DNA of 64,000 nucleotides from the human T2T-CHM13v2.0 reference genome, Homo sapiens: assembly GCF_009914755.1 (NCBI RefSeq), contig NC_060947.1; one strand, given 5' to 3'. Numbering within the stretch: the stretch's first letter is position 1; every line of letters starts with the position of its first letter. Positions 1 through 22,079 of the stretch are shown here, piece by piece. The notes beneath the pieces are model-generated. The model was not told the DNA's origin, ran no database searches, and saw only the letters and a program-made list of their open reading frames with translations. The position numbers were made by a program, and so were the translations under genes.

Positions 1-170
<170 letters not shown>

Positions 171-221
171 TGAAAATAAGTCTTCTTTCATAATACAGTA
201 TTATTTTCACACATCAGAAGA

Positions 222-395
222 TTTTTTTTCCTCTAAGAGACAGAGTCTTGCTCTGCAGCCTCAACTTCCCGGGTTCAAGCGATCCACCTCAACCTCCCGA
301 GTAGCTGGGACTACACGCATGCACCAGCATGCCCAGGTAATTTTTAAACTTTTTGTAGAGATAGGGTCTTGCTATGCTGTCCAGGTTGGTCTTGA
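222..395 (-). mobile_element. AluJ-like fragment
   Basis: gagacagagtcttgctct...ttgtagagatagggtcttgctatg; ends at the GAAA tract. Confidence 0.8.
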
Positions 396-781
396 AGAAA
401 GAAAGAAGGAAGGAAAGAAAGAAAGAGAGAGAAAGGAAAGAAAGAGAAAGAGAGAGAGGAAAGAGAAAGAAAGAAAGAAAGAAAAGAGAGAGAGGAAAGA
501 AAGAAACAGAAAGGGGAAAGAGAAAGAAAGAAGAAAGAAAGAAAGGAAGGAAGAAGAAAAAAGAAAGAAAAGAGAGAGGAAAGAAAGAAACAAAAAGAGA
601 GAGGAAAGAGAAAGAAAGAAAGAAAGAGAAAGAAAGAAACAAAAAGAAAGAAAGAAAAGAAAGAAAGAAAGAAAAGAAAGAAAGAAAGAGAAAGGAAGGA
701 AGAAGAAAAAAGAAAGAAAAGAGAGAGAGGAAAGAAAGAAACAAAAAGAGAGAGGAAAGAGAAAGAAAGAAAGAAAGAAAG

Positions 782-839
<58 letters not shown>

Positions 840-855
840 GAAGAAAGAAAGAAAG
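395..855. repeat. Compound (GAAA)n / GA-rich microsatellite
   Basis: Directly visible; a block at ~541-620 recurs at ~690-770. Confidence 0.97.
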
Positions 856-924
856 ATCCCAAGCTGGCAAGCGGCAAGACACTCCCAGACTGTGCCAGGA
901 TAAGAGAGAAAGAGTCTTTGTGTT

Positions 925-1187
925 TTATTTTTGGAGACAAAGTGGAGTGCAGTGGTGCGATCTCAGCTCACCTCCGCCTCCCGGGTTCACGTCATTCTCC
1001 TGCCTCGGCCTCCCGAGTAGCTGGGATAACAGGTGCCCACCACCACGCCTGGCTCTTTTTGTATTTTTAGTAGACAAGGGGTTTCACCATGTTGGCCAGG
1101 CTGGTCTCGAACTCCTGACCTGAAGAGATCTGCTTGCTTTGGCCTCCCGAAGTGTTGGGATTACGAGTGTGAGCCACGGCTCCTGGC
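925..1187 (-). mobile_element. AluS with internal deletions
   Basis: Alu consensus blocks with missing segments in the right arm. Confidence 0.9.
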
Positions 1188-1495
1188 TTTTTTTTTTTTT
1201 TTTTAATAGATACAGGGTCTTCCTCTGTTGCCCAGGCTGGAGTGCCATAGTCCAGTCATAGGTCACTGCAGCCTCAAACTCTTGGGCTTAAGCTATCCTT
1301 TCAGCTCAGCCTCCTGAGTAGCTGGAAATACAGGTGCGTGTGCCACCACACTTGAATAATTTTCATTTTAATTTTTGTAGACACAGGGTCATGGTATGTT
1401 GCCCAGGCTGGTCTTGAACTCCTAGCCTCAAGCAATCCTCCCACGGCGGCCTCCCAGAGTGATGGGATTACAGGTGTGAGCCACCGTGCCTGGTC
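1188..1495 (-). mobile_element. AluJ
   Basis: Poly-T, cactgcagcctcaaactcttggg and ttgtagacacagggtc (J-type features). Confidence 0.88.
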
Positions 1496-1866
1496 TTGTC
1501 CTAGACTTTTAGCTTGTTCTCCCTCTTCCCGGCTCCCCTCATCCCAGGTTACAGGCTTATATCAAAGCGTCCAACTGTTGGCAAAACATCAATTTGCATT
1601 TTTCAGACATCCAGGGCCAACGTGCTGCACCTGCCTTCTATTCCCAGACAGGAACTCGGAACATAGGTGGCTGTTTACATATTTGACCGTGCGAGAGGCA
1701 GGTACCTGGAAACGTCCGTAGGTGGAGGATAAGGGGAGACATTCTGCTTCCTGAATGTCATGGATGGGAAGACACACATCCCAGCCCCTGTGGGGGAGGC
1801 TCAGAGTGTCCCTCAACAAACAGGGTCAATTTGTGAGGAAAGAGGGCCGTTGAAAGCTCTGTGATT

Positions 1867-2234
<368 letters not shown>

Positions 2235-2697
2235 TTATAAGTATGGCTCGTGGTGTGTTTTCCAAAGAAGAACCCTCCTTTAACGAGACCCCGCCTAGGC
2301 CGGCCGCTGTTGTAAATCTCCTGGTGGTGTGGACATAGCCAGGGGCTGGAGGTGGACCCCTCTGGATTTGTAGGTAGGAAGCAAAGAAGGGGCAGGTCCA
2401 CTGCTCACCGCAGTTCCATATTTATGACGCGTGGACGCTGGGGAAAGCAACGAGTGTGTCGCAAATGCGGTGAGGCCACCGTTCACCGTATTTTACGCTC
2501 ACGACTTGTTTTCTTTTCATTTATGTCCCGGTCGATGAAAACGAAACGTATTCCTTAAAAAGAACACGCCTGATGCCAAAGAAAGGCACACGAGTGTGGG
2601 CGTCCCAGGGTGCAGAGGGCTGGCACTAGTTACCCTGGTGACTTTGCCGTGTCCCCTCTCATCCCCAGGATTGGACGTGCAAAGCGTCAGTAGTTAA

Positions 2698-3448
<751 letters not shown>

Positions 3449-3659
3449 TAATTCGGGACAAAGCTGGCGGGATATTGGAGGGAAAAATGGAGCCAGGAAT
3501 GGGCTCAGAAAAATGGAGGCAGCAACGCCTGTAACAGGTTATTTAAAGAATTTTTTAAAAATCCTTGGCTTGGATTAACAAGCAGAGGGTTTCCATTAGA
3601 ACACAAATCAAGGTGTTAACACCTACAGATGTAGCCTACTTTTGTTCTCATTTAAAACA

Positions 3660-3954
3660 TTTTTTTTTTTGAGACAGGGTCTCACCCTGTCGCTCAGACT
3701 GGGGTGCAGTGGTGTGATCTCGGCTCACTACATCTTCCAGCTCCCAGGCTCAAGTGAGCCTCCTACCTCAGCCTCCTGAGTAGCTGGGATTACACAACAC
3801 GCATGTGCCACCATGCCCAGCTAATTTTTATTTTTGTAAAGACAGGGTCTCACTATGTTGCCCAGGCCGGTCTCGAACTCTTGGCCCCAAGCGATCCTCC
3901 TGTCTTGGTCTCCCAAAGTGCTCGAATCACAGGTGTGAGCCACCAAGCCTGGCC
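3660..3954 (-). mobile_element. AluJ
   Basis: gagacagggtctcacc...ggctcaagtgagcctcctacc. Confidence 0.88.
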
Positions 3955-4214
3955 TTCTAGATGCTGGATGCCAGGGCCATCGGAAACCGGAAATCTAGAA
4001 CAAAAGTGCAGTCATGAGTCAAAGGGAAGCAAATGTGTCCGTGGAAAACTGCCCGGGCTGGTCTGGTCGGTGGAGGTTGTGACATCAGATCTTCCAACCT
4101 CTTCGTGGGAGAAATCAGTCCTATTGAAACTACAACCAGGCACTTAAACTGTTTGGAAAGACGAGCTGGTTTTATGAAAGACAATGGTCCTTTCTGTCCA
4201 TAAGGATGAGATTA

Positions 4215-4966
<752 letters not shown>

Positions 4967-5228
4967 TTATTTATATTCGTCTGTGTTCTTTTCCTGGATA
5001 AAATATAAATTAAAACTAAAACCAAGTAACTGCGGAGAACATTGGCAAAGTTCTGTTATTACAGGAGGGGTATTTCTGAGCAAATAGGATCCCTCCGACC
5101 TCATTTTTTTCTGAGATACGACAGCAAGTGTTAAAAATGAGATGATTGCCAACCAAAAGATAATTCTTTTAAATAATTACCCTTCAAGGGAGAGCAAAAA
5201 ATTAAAGGAGAACAGGAACTCAGGCTAA

Positions 5229-6072
<844 letters not shown>

Positions 6073-6094
6073 CATGCAGGTCTTTTAATACGTG

Positions 6095-6401
6095 CTGAGA
6101 ACCTGTTTTCTTGTCGTCTGGGGCCTCCTGCATTCGTTGACCTGTGACCATACATCCCATCACCTTCTATCTCCTCTACCTCTCTATGGAAACTCCCTCT
6201 GCCTCCCTGGCTCGTGGTCTCTTGTGTTTACCTTTAAGGCCCAGCCAGATAACCCAGCATAATCCCCCATTTCAAGACCCCTTATCTGAATGGGATCAGC
6301 AAAGTTCCTTTTGCCAGACAGCCTACTGCATCCACAAGTTCCCGAGATTTGGATGTGTATGTGTATCAGTTCGTACTCACACTGCTATAAAGATCCTACC
6401 T
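6095..6401 (-). mobile_element. MaLR LTR fragments (MLT1-like, then an MST/THE1-like end)
   Basis: ggcccagccagataacccagcataatcccc...gcaaagttccttttgcca; tgtatcagttcgtactcacactgctataaaga; matched to recalled consensus. Confidence 0.65.
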
Positions 6402-7463
<1,062 letters not shown>

Positions 7464-7705
7464 AGATGCTGCACTGGTGATTTTCATTTCTGTCAATGTT
7501 AGGGATTGAACATTGTTATATGGTGATTGCTTCGTCAACCTGATGTTTGGTTGTTCATGTTTGGAAACCCAGACTCCAAAAGGAGGGCAAACACCAGAGG
7601 GGATATTTGCTGGTTCTCAACCTGCCCTACGTGATTGCGTTTGTTTCAGAAGGGGCTGTAAGGAGCTCTTGCCTGCCCCATCTTTCTCTCCCCAACATAT
7701 CCACG

Positions 7706-8921
<1,216 letters not shown>

Positions 8922-9091
8922 GATTTTATTTTCTTCTGCAGAAAGTGGCTTTGCTGGTGGGGAGCCATCCCCCAAGGAAGTGTGAAGTTCCTCTTGAAAA
9001 GGGTGAGAGTGTTTTCTCTGCTTCCATGACCAGGGCTAAGTGGAAACATTGAATCAATATTAACCCCATCCAGTCTTCAAGGCCTTTTTAT

Positions 9092-9092
<1 letters not shown>

Positions 9093-9133
<41 letters not shown>
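9093..9133. repeat. (TG)n microsatellite
   Basis: Directly visible. Confidence 0.98.
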
Positions 9134-9135
<2 letters not shown>

Positions 9136-9284
9136 TTTCCAGAGACGTCAACCCTCTCTCTGGGATAATGAGAGAAATTTCCTAACAGAGTACTTCTCCC
9201 TCGCTCAAAGGGAGTGACATTTTGTAATGCTTTCTGAAATCAAGCCATTCTGACCCAATGACTTTTCGATGAGTTAAGGGCTAA

Positions 9285-10287
<1,003 letters not shown>

Positions 10288-11327
10288 ATTGATGAGGTTT
10301 TTAATGAGATTTGTGTGAAGGGTTCCTTGGAGACACTCGGTAAAGAAAACGACAAATAGTAACAGGTTGCAAAGGAGGTCTCTGCGTAACCTGGGGAGCT
10401 GCTGTCCAGGGGTACCTCGAAAGCATGAGGAGCTGCAGACAGTCCGTAGTTTCCAGCTGACCTGGGCGTGGGCATCTGTGATCTGTGTGTGGCAGGGTGT
10501 AAGCAGGCTTTGATGCCTAGACACCTTTTCTTTATTTAGCAGCTGTAACATCCAATGAACTCTGAACTGTTTATGGGCCTCCTGCTCCCCAAAGGGTACA
10601 CACCCTGCTTCTGCTGGCTTCATGCCTCAGAACTGTGGTGTCGTTGGTCTCAGACACCACTTTGCCATCCACTATCCGGAGGGTGGGGGTCTTTTGGATA
10701 GTTTGCGTGGAGTTGCTGCTGTCCAGGGCATCACCAAGACTCTAACAGAGAAGACCAAGCCCCAGTTAGCGTTTGCAGGCATTCGGGGGAGAGGGTGGGG
10801 AGAGCGCAGGTCGCTGCCTGTCCCTAGAACCTCACTGTCTGTCTGAGAAGTGATTAGATTGCAGGCACGTGGAGGGTGGCGGGGATCAACTCTCTCAGGG
10901 CCTCTAATCACACGTGGCACTTGCTGTCAGCAAGACGGCTTTGGAGCGGGGACGTGGATCATTAGGGATGAACCTGCAGATCATGACAACAAATGGGGTC
11001 TTAATCTCCCAAGAAAGGGGATGTCGCCGGCTGGCTTGGGAGGCAGGGGTCCCCGAGCGCGACGGTGCTGGCTGGCCCGCCTGCATCCCATTTGCAGAGC
11101 AAGCTTCTGCGTTCAGGGCCTGGCCGGGCCATGGAAATGGCTGGGCTGTGAGCATCGTGAATTCCTGGACCCTGCTGGAAAAGGAAGCGTCTGACGTGGG
11201 CAGTGACCGTGACTCACAGAGACATGAAAAGTACAAAATGTGACCACTTGTTTATAGCTGTAACTAATTTTAGCAGAGGTCTTGGCATCTAGAAAACATA
11301 CTTTTTTTTTTTTTTCCTTCGGTGAAT

Positions 11328-11435
11328 GTGTAGTAAAGATATAAGCTTGCCCCCAAACAGATCTGGATTTTGCCTTTGAGCTCTGGGAGGTCACTCTGAA
11401 GGACTTAGGATGTCATGCCTGATAAGAATGTCATT
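11328..11435. mobile_element. MER21-like LTR fragment
   Basis: tgtagtaaagatataagcttgcccc...ctgggaggtcactctgaagg...gcctgataagaatgtc; recalled consensus. Confidence 0.55.
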
Positions 11436-11440
11436 ATTTC

Positions 11441-13130
<1,690 letters not shown>

Positions 13131-13160
13131 ACTCAATGCTGATTCAAGATCTACATAGTA

Positions 13161-13491
<331 letters not shown>

Positions 13492-14459
13492 TTATAAGCC
13501 TCCATCAGAAACAAACAAAAAAAAAAAAAACAAAGAAAACCCAAAACATCTACATAGTTATGAGACTTGACTTTTGGAGCTGACTTTTTGGGATTAAATG
13601 ACTCAGGTAAACTGGTTTATTTGTATGGCTATCTTTTCCCCCAGGGAAAGTGTTTGCTCACCTATCCCTACAACAAAATGTAAGCAGATCCAATGAATGA
13701 GGTGAATTCTCGGGGTGGATGGAAACTCATCCCATGTGGCTTTGTCATTTTGATCTCCGTGATGGGATGCGCCGTTTTGTCGAAGAGGGTAGCTGTCCAT
13801 CTCCCTTCCTGGGGATCCTGGATTCATTAATTTCCTGATCACGTATTTCTTTTGTCCCTGCTCTTAATGTCCGTGCCCCAGTTTAGAGGACAGACCTGCC
13901 TGAAGGCTTTCTGTATCTCTGAACTGCACTAATCAGCTGTCATAACTTCCATAGATGTCTATAAAATGTGCAGCTAGCAGGATTAAATGCTCTACCTTCA
14001 CCGTACGACAGACAGGAGTGTTCTCACTCACCACCAGAGCCTGCGCAGATCAGTCCATTAATTAGGTGGCTGTTGCTTGTGTCCGAGATTATTTTCTGCT
14101 TATATAGAGGTTTCCCTGGCTGCATCAGCTGACTAGTTTTCCGAACAGATTTCAGCCATTCTTATTTATTTCCTCAGGCAAAGAAAATGTAAGCTTTTTA
14201 AGAGAAAATACTTACCCTACTTTTAATGATAAATAAGACAAGGAGAGTTTTCTCCTGTTTAAAAATTCCCTATATGACAAAATACACAGTTAAACTTTGT
14301 ATGGCTTAAAAATAGCTTGCCCTATCGCTCCATAAACCAGGAAATATGGAATTCTTGGATGGCCCTAAAGAAATTTGGTGAGGAATCCAAGCCTTTTAAA
14401 AACTAGATAGGCACAATCTAGACACACATATTCAATGACAGGTTTTTTTCTTACGTATC

Positions 14460-16465
14460 TGCCCATTCATCTGCCCATCTATCTCTTCGTCCATTAATCT
14501 TTCCATACATCATTCCACCCACCCATTCATCCATTCACCCATCCATCCACCCACTCACCCATCTGCTCATTTATCTACCCATCTATATATCCATCCATCC
14601 ATCCATCCACCTACCCACTCATCCATCCATTTATCCATTATCCATCCAACCTTCCAATCATCTATCCATGCATCCTTCCATCCACCCATCCATCCATCCA
14701 TCTACTCATTCATTCATTTATCCATTATTCATTCATCTGTTCATTAATCTATCTATCCATCCATCCACCCATCCATCCAAACTTTCATCCATCCATCCAT
14801 CCATCCATCCATCCATCCATCCATCCATCCACCTACTGAGAACATCCATCCATTTATCCATTATGCATTCAACCTTCCATCCACCCATCCATCTACTCAT
14901 TCATTCATTTATCCATGATTCATTCATCTGTTCATTCATCTATCCATCCACCCACCCATCCATCCAACCTTCCTTCCCTTCATCCATCCATCCACCCACC
15001 CATCTACCCATCGATTCATTCATCCACCCAGCCACTCATCTGTTTATTCATCTATCCATCCATTCACCCACCCATCCATCTATCCATCCATCCATCCATC
15101 CAACCATTCACCCATCTTCCCATTTATCTACCCATCTATCCATCCATGCATCCATCCATCCATGCATGCATCCATCCATCCATCCATCCCTCCATCCATC
15201 CATCCATCGACCTACCCACTCATCCATCCATTCATCCATTATGCATCCAACCTTCCAATCATCCATCTATCTATGCATCCATCCATCCATCCATCCACTC
15301 ATTCATTCATCTATCCATTATTCATTCATCTATCTATCCATCCGTCCACTCATCCATCCAGCCTTCCATCCCTTCTTCCATCCATCCACCCACCCATCTA
15401 CCCATCGATTCATTCATCCACCCAGCCACTCATCTATTTATCTATCAATCCATCCATCCATCCATCCATCCACCCACCCACTCACCCATCTGCCCATTTA
15501 TCTACCCATCTTCCCATCCATCCATCCTTCCATCCATCCATCCATCCACCCACTCATCCATCCATCCATCCACCTACCCACTCATCCATCCATTTATCCA
15601 TTATCCATCCAACCTTCCAATCATCCGTCTATCTATGCATCCTTCCATCCATCCATCCATCTACTTATTCATTCATCTATCCATTATTCATTCATCTGTT
15701 TGTTCATCCATCCATCCATCCATCCATCCATCCATCCAACATTCCATCCATTCATCCATCCACCCACTCATGTATTTATTTATCTATCCATCCATTAACC
15801 CACCCATCCATCTATCTATTCATCCATCCATCCATCCATCCATCCATCCATCCATCCAACGTTCCATCCATTCATCCATCCACCCACTCATGTATTTATT
15901 TATCTATCCATCCATTAACCCACCCATCCATCTATCCATCCATCCATCCATCCATCCATCCAATCATCCATCTATCCGTCCATCCATTCACTCATGCATC
16001 CATCCAATCATCCATTCATCCATCTACCTACCCAATCATCCATCCATTCATCTGTTATCTATCCAACCTACCAATCATCCATCTATCTATGCATCCATCC
16101 ATCCATCCACCCTCCCATCTATCCATATATCCATTCATCCATCAATCCAACCACTCATTCTTCCATCTATCCATTTTTCATTCTTCTATTCATTCATCCA
16201 TCCATCCATCCACTCATCTATTCAGTCATCCATTCACCCACCCATCTATCCATCCATTCATCCATCCATCCATTCATTCATCCACACAGCCACTCATCTA
16301 TTTACTTATCTATCCATCCATCCACCCACCCATCCATCGATCTATCCATCCACCCATCCGTCTATCCACTCATCCATCCATCCATTGATCCATTCACCTA
16401 CCCATTCATCTATCCATCCATGCATCCATCCATCCAATCATCCATCTATCCATTCATCCAGCCAC
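14460..16465. repeat. Degenerate (ATCC)n tract, ~2 kb, with internal block duplications
   Basis: Directly visible; e.g. 15721-15820 recurs at 15841-15935. Confidence 0.97.
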
Positions 16466-16624
16466 CTCAATAAGTTGAAGACTATCTGCCCCTTCCTGCA
16501 AAAACCTTATAATTTTTTGAAATAAAAGAGTAAGATCAAGGGTCACCAACATACAATCTTCCCATTTGTTCCCAGGGTACAGCCACACTCTTGCGTTTTT
16601 GCATGATCTCTTCTAGGTGAATAC

Positions 16625-17467
16625 TTCTCTCTCTTCCTTCCTCTCTCTCTCTCTTCTTTCTTTCTTCCTTCCTCTCTCTCTCTCCTTTCTTTCTTTCTCT
16701 CTTTCTCTCTTTCTTTCTTTCTTCTTTCTTACTCTTTCTTTCTTTCTGTTTCTGTCTCTCTTTTTCTCTCTTCCTTTCCTTCTTTCTTTCTTCTTTCTTA
16801 CTCTTTCTTTCTTTCTGTTTCTTTTTTTCTTTTTCTCTCTTCCTTTTCTTCCTTCTTTCTTTCTTCTTTCTCTTTCTTTCTTTATTTCTTTCTTCTTTCT
16901 CTTTCTCTCTTTCTTTTTCTTTCTCTTTCTCTCTTTCTTTCTTTTTTTTTCTTTCTTCTCTCGTCCTTTCCTTCTTTCCTTCTTTCCTGTCTCTCTCTCC
17001 CTTTCCCTCCTTCCTTCCTTGCACATACACACAATCAGGCATAAAACATGCACAAACACACAGAAACACACACAAACGTGCACAAATACACACATATAAA
17101 CAAATATACACAAACAGACGTGCAGAAACACACATGCATGCACAATCATGCAAACAGACACACACAGACACACATACGAGCATGCGGAAACAGACATACA
17201 TGAACAAATACACACAGACAAACATGCACAAACACACACATGCTCAGATACACAAAAAAAACCATGCACAGATACAGACATTCACAAATAAACTCACAAA
17301 CATGCACAGATACACACAGTCATGCACACAAACATGCACAAATACACATAAACATACAGACACACAGACGAACATGCACACATATGAATGCACAAATACA
17401 CGTACACACACACACAAAAAGCACAAATACATGCACACAAACACATAAAAACACACAAACACACACG
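16625..17467. repeat. CT-rich tract (16625-17020) followed by CA-rich tract (17021-17467)
   Basis: Directly visible low complexity. Confidence 0.95.
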
Positions 17468-17484
17468 TGCAGAGGAAATATTGT

Positions 17485-17966
<482 letters not shown>

Positions 17967-18743
17967 TGCGGTGTGATTTTTTATGTACCCAAACATACTG
18001 GCATTGCTGCCGGGCCGGTCGACTGCCTGAGATTTCAATGCGTTTGTCGTTCGGATCTGCAAGGGCGATGAAAGTTTTAAAGTCCCCACGTGCTCAGGTG
18101 TCCTGTGGGTTGAGGTTCTTTACAGACAGGTTTCCACTCCCTTTGCTCCCAGATCTGAGCCTCTGCTGAAGACAATGCCTCATCTTCGATGGGAAAAAGG
18201 CACAAGTCTTTGGCGATTCCCTTTTTCGTTCTCATACGTAGAAACCCCACTGTCTTCTTCACGGCCAGTGACTCTGTCGAATGTCCCAAGTCAACCGGGG
18301 AGAAAACCCCAAATTATGAAACAATTAAAAAAAAAATAGTCGTTCGATTTTTTTTTCTTTCCCCCGTAACGTCGTTAGTAGCCCCATGGACTTGAGGTTG
18401 CCTTGGGCCAGAAGTTACGTTTCTCATTAATATACATCAGCTGTTCTCTGTTTCTTTTTTTTTTCATACCGACCGTGGTAGCCAGGCACCTGTCCCCCTT
18501 TTGTTCCTCGATAGAGCGTGTCTGAACGTAAAAGAAAAATTGTCACTTCTCATTACGTGAACTAAGGGTACGAGAATTGATGGGCCTTTCTACCTAATGC
18601 TGTTATCCGAACCAGGTTTGTTTATTTAATGAACAAAATGTCACATCAAATCTGTCTTCCCCTGACGTCTGAACCCCTGGCAGCTGCTGGTGGCACGGTT
18701 TCCTGAAATGGGGAGGTGGAGGGGGGCTAGCTGGATTAACTAA

Positions 18744-19500
<757 letters not shown>

Positions 19501-20003
19501 GTTATTATTATTTTTTAAAGCACATGTCCAAGGGCCATTGTATGGTGAGATTCCAGATGTTGGATGGCAAGGAGGGGGAGTCCTGACCCGGATTGGTCAA
19601 CATCAGGGAAACCACAGCCCGTTTAGATGGAAGATTGAAAGTTCCGTCATGCCGTGCGAGCTTCCCACAACCGAGATACAGATACATAATCTCCCTGGGA
19701 ACGTATCAAACTGTCGGGGCACCAGGAGCCTCTGCCTTCTCTTCGGCTGCCAATTTCAGGGACGAGGACCGCAGCCAGGTCAGAAGCACGGTTTGCAGGG
19801 GTGACAGCTTGTCACTTGCAGAGTTACGCAGTCTAAGCCACTTCATAAATGCAAGGTGCCGACGTGTTGGAAAGGCTGGAGTCCCGGGGTGGAAACACGT
19901 ATGTCGGGGGCCAGGTGTGTCCCTGGGGGAACAGCCCATGCGTATCGGATGCCAGGTCTCCGCCCACCCCGGAGCCAGCTCCGCTTGGACTGGCCAGCTT
20001 GGG

Positions 20004-21880
20004 TCTGCTCTGGAGAGGGGACGTATGGAGAAGCTGCTCTGGAGAGGGGATATATGGGGAGGCTGCTCTGGAGAGGGGATGTATGGAGAGGGGACGTATG
20101 GAGAAGCTGCTCTGGAGAGGGGATGTATGGGGAGGCTGCTCTGGAGAGGGGACATATGGAGAGGCTGCTCTGGAGAGGGGATATATGGGGAGGCTGCTCT
20201 GGAGAGGGGACATATGGAGAGGCTGCTCTGGAGAGGGCATGTATGGAGAGGCTGCTCTGGAGAGGGACATACGGAGAAGGTGCTCTAGAGAGGGGACGTA
20301 TGGAGAAGGTGCTGTAGAGAGGGGATATATGGAGAGGCTGCTCTGGAGAGGGGACATATGGGGAGGCTGCTCTGGAGAGGGGATATATGGGGAGGCTGCT
20401 CTGGAGAGGGGATATATGGGGAGGCTGCTCTGGAGAGGGGATATATGGGGAGGCTGCTCTGGAGAGGGGACATATGGAGAGGCTGCTCTGGAGAGGGGAC
20501 ATATGGAGAGGCTGCTCTGGAGAGGGGACGTATGGGGAGGCTGCTCTGGAGAGGGGATATATGGGGAGGCTGCTCTGGAGAGGGGATGTATGGAGAGGCT
20601 GCTCTGGAGAGGGGATGTATGGAGAGGCTGCTCTGGAGAGGGCATGTATGGAGAGGCTGCTCTGGAGAGGGGACATATGGAGAGGCTGCTCTGGAGAGGG
20701 GATGTATGGAGAGGCTGCTCTGGAGAGGGGATGTATGGAGAGGCTGCTCTGGAGAGGGCATGTATGGAGAGGCTGCTCTGGAGAGGGGACATATGGAGAG
20801 GCTGCTCTGGAGAGGGGATATATGGGGAGGCTGCTCTGGAGAGGGGACATATGGAGAGGCTGCTCTGGAGAGGGGACATATGGAGAGGCTGCTCTGGAGA
20901 GGGGATATATGGGGAGGCTGCTCTGGAGAGGGGACATATGGAGAGGCTGCTCTGGAGAGGGCATGTATGGAGAGGCTGCTCTGGAGAGGGGATGTATGGA
21001 GAGGCTGCTCTGGAGAGGGCATGTATGGAGAGGCTGCTCTGGAGAGGGGACATATGGAGAGGCTGCTCTGGAGAGGGGATATATGGGGAGGCTGCTCTGG
21101 AGAGGGGACATATGGAGAGGCTGCTCTGGAGAGGGGACATATGGAGAGGCTGCTCTGGAGAGGGGATATATGGGGAGGCTGCTCTGGAGAGGGGACATAT
21201 GGAGAGGCTGCTCTGGAGAGGGCATGTATGGAGAGGCTGCTCTGGAGAGGGGACATATGGAGAGGCTGCTCTGGAGAGGGGATGTATGGAGAGGCTGCTC
21301 TGGAGAGGGCATGTATGGAGAGGCTGCTCTGGAGAGGGGACATATGGAGAGGCTGCTCTGGAGAGGGGATATATGGGGAGGCTGCTCTGGAGAGGGGACG
21401 TATGGAGAGGCTGCTCTGGAGAGGGCATGTATGGAGAGGCTGCTCTGGAGAGGGGACATATGGAGAGGCTGCTCTGGAGAGGGGATATATGGGGAGGCTG
21501 CTCTGGAGAGGGGACATATGGAGAGGCTGCTCTGGAGAGGGCATGTATGGAGAGGCTGCTCTGGAGAGGGGACATATGGAGAGGCTGCTCTGGAGAGGGG
21601 ATGTATGGAGAGGCTGCTCTGGAGAGGGGATGTATGGAGAGGCTGCTCTGGAGAGGGGACATATGGAGAGGCTGCTCTGGAGAGGGGATGTATGGGGAGG
21701 CTGCTCTGGAGAGGGGACATATGGAGAAGGTGCTGTAGAGAGGGGATATATGGAGAGGCTGCTCTGGAGAGGGGATATATGGGGAGGCTGTTCTGGAGAG
21801 GGGACGTATGGAGAGGCTGCTCTGGAGAGGGGATGTATGGAGAGAGGGGATGTATGGAGAGAGGGGATTTATGGAGAGGT
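20004..21880. repeat. 29-bp GC-rich minisatellite (VNTR-like), ~64 copies
   Basis: gaggctgctctggagaggg(g/c)a(c/t)(a/g)tatgg(a/g). Confidence 0.98.
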
Positions 21881-22021
21881 CCCACACCAGGCTCCATCCA
21901 AGGAAGGGAGAAGCATTTTCACCCAGGCCCTGTTTACGCTTCGCCGCGCTGTCCTCTGTCACGCACCGTGGCCGAGACCACAGCTGAACGTCCAGAGGCT
22001 GCAGAGAAAAACAGAAGCTGG

Positions 22022-22024
<3 letters not shown>

Positions 22025-22071
<47 letters not shown>
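22025..22071. repeat. (TG)n microsatellite
   Basis: Directly visible. Confidence 0.98.
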
Positions 22072-22073
<2 letters not shown>

Positions 22074-22079
22074 CATGAC

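Noticed and set aside
289-1123. K/E/R-rich and F/L/S-rich ORFs (also at 9285-10263, 16536-17281, 59641-60281)
   Set aside because: Translations of (GAAA)n/(TTTC)n microsatellites running into Alus.
14668-16525. HPSI/IYLS-repeat ORFs (also at 28.6-29.6, 32.5-33.5 and 42.4-48.8 kb)
   Set aside because: Translations of TCCA/TCTA tetranucleotide tracts.
20004-21880. PRDM9 13-mer or canonical G-quadruplex in the 29-bp unit
   Set aside because: I could not fit CCNCCNTNNCCNC to the unit, and the G-runs are mostly too far apart for a canonical short-loop G4.
19833-22078. ORFs of 419-747 aa on both strands (WRGCSGEG.../SPLQSSLS... repeats)
   Set aside because: They come from the 29-bp minisatellite, whose unit lacks stop codons on either strand. 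Open frames everywhere argue against coding, and there is no promoter or splice context.
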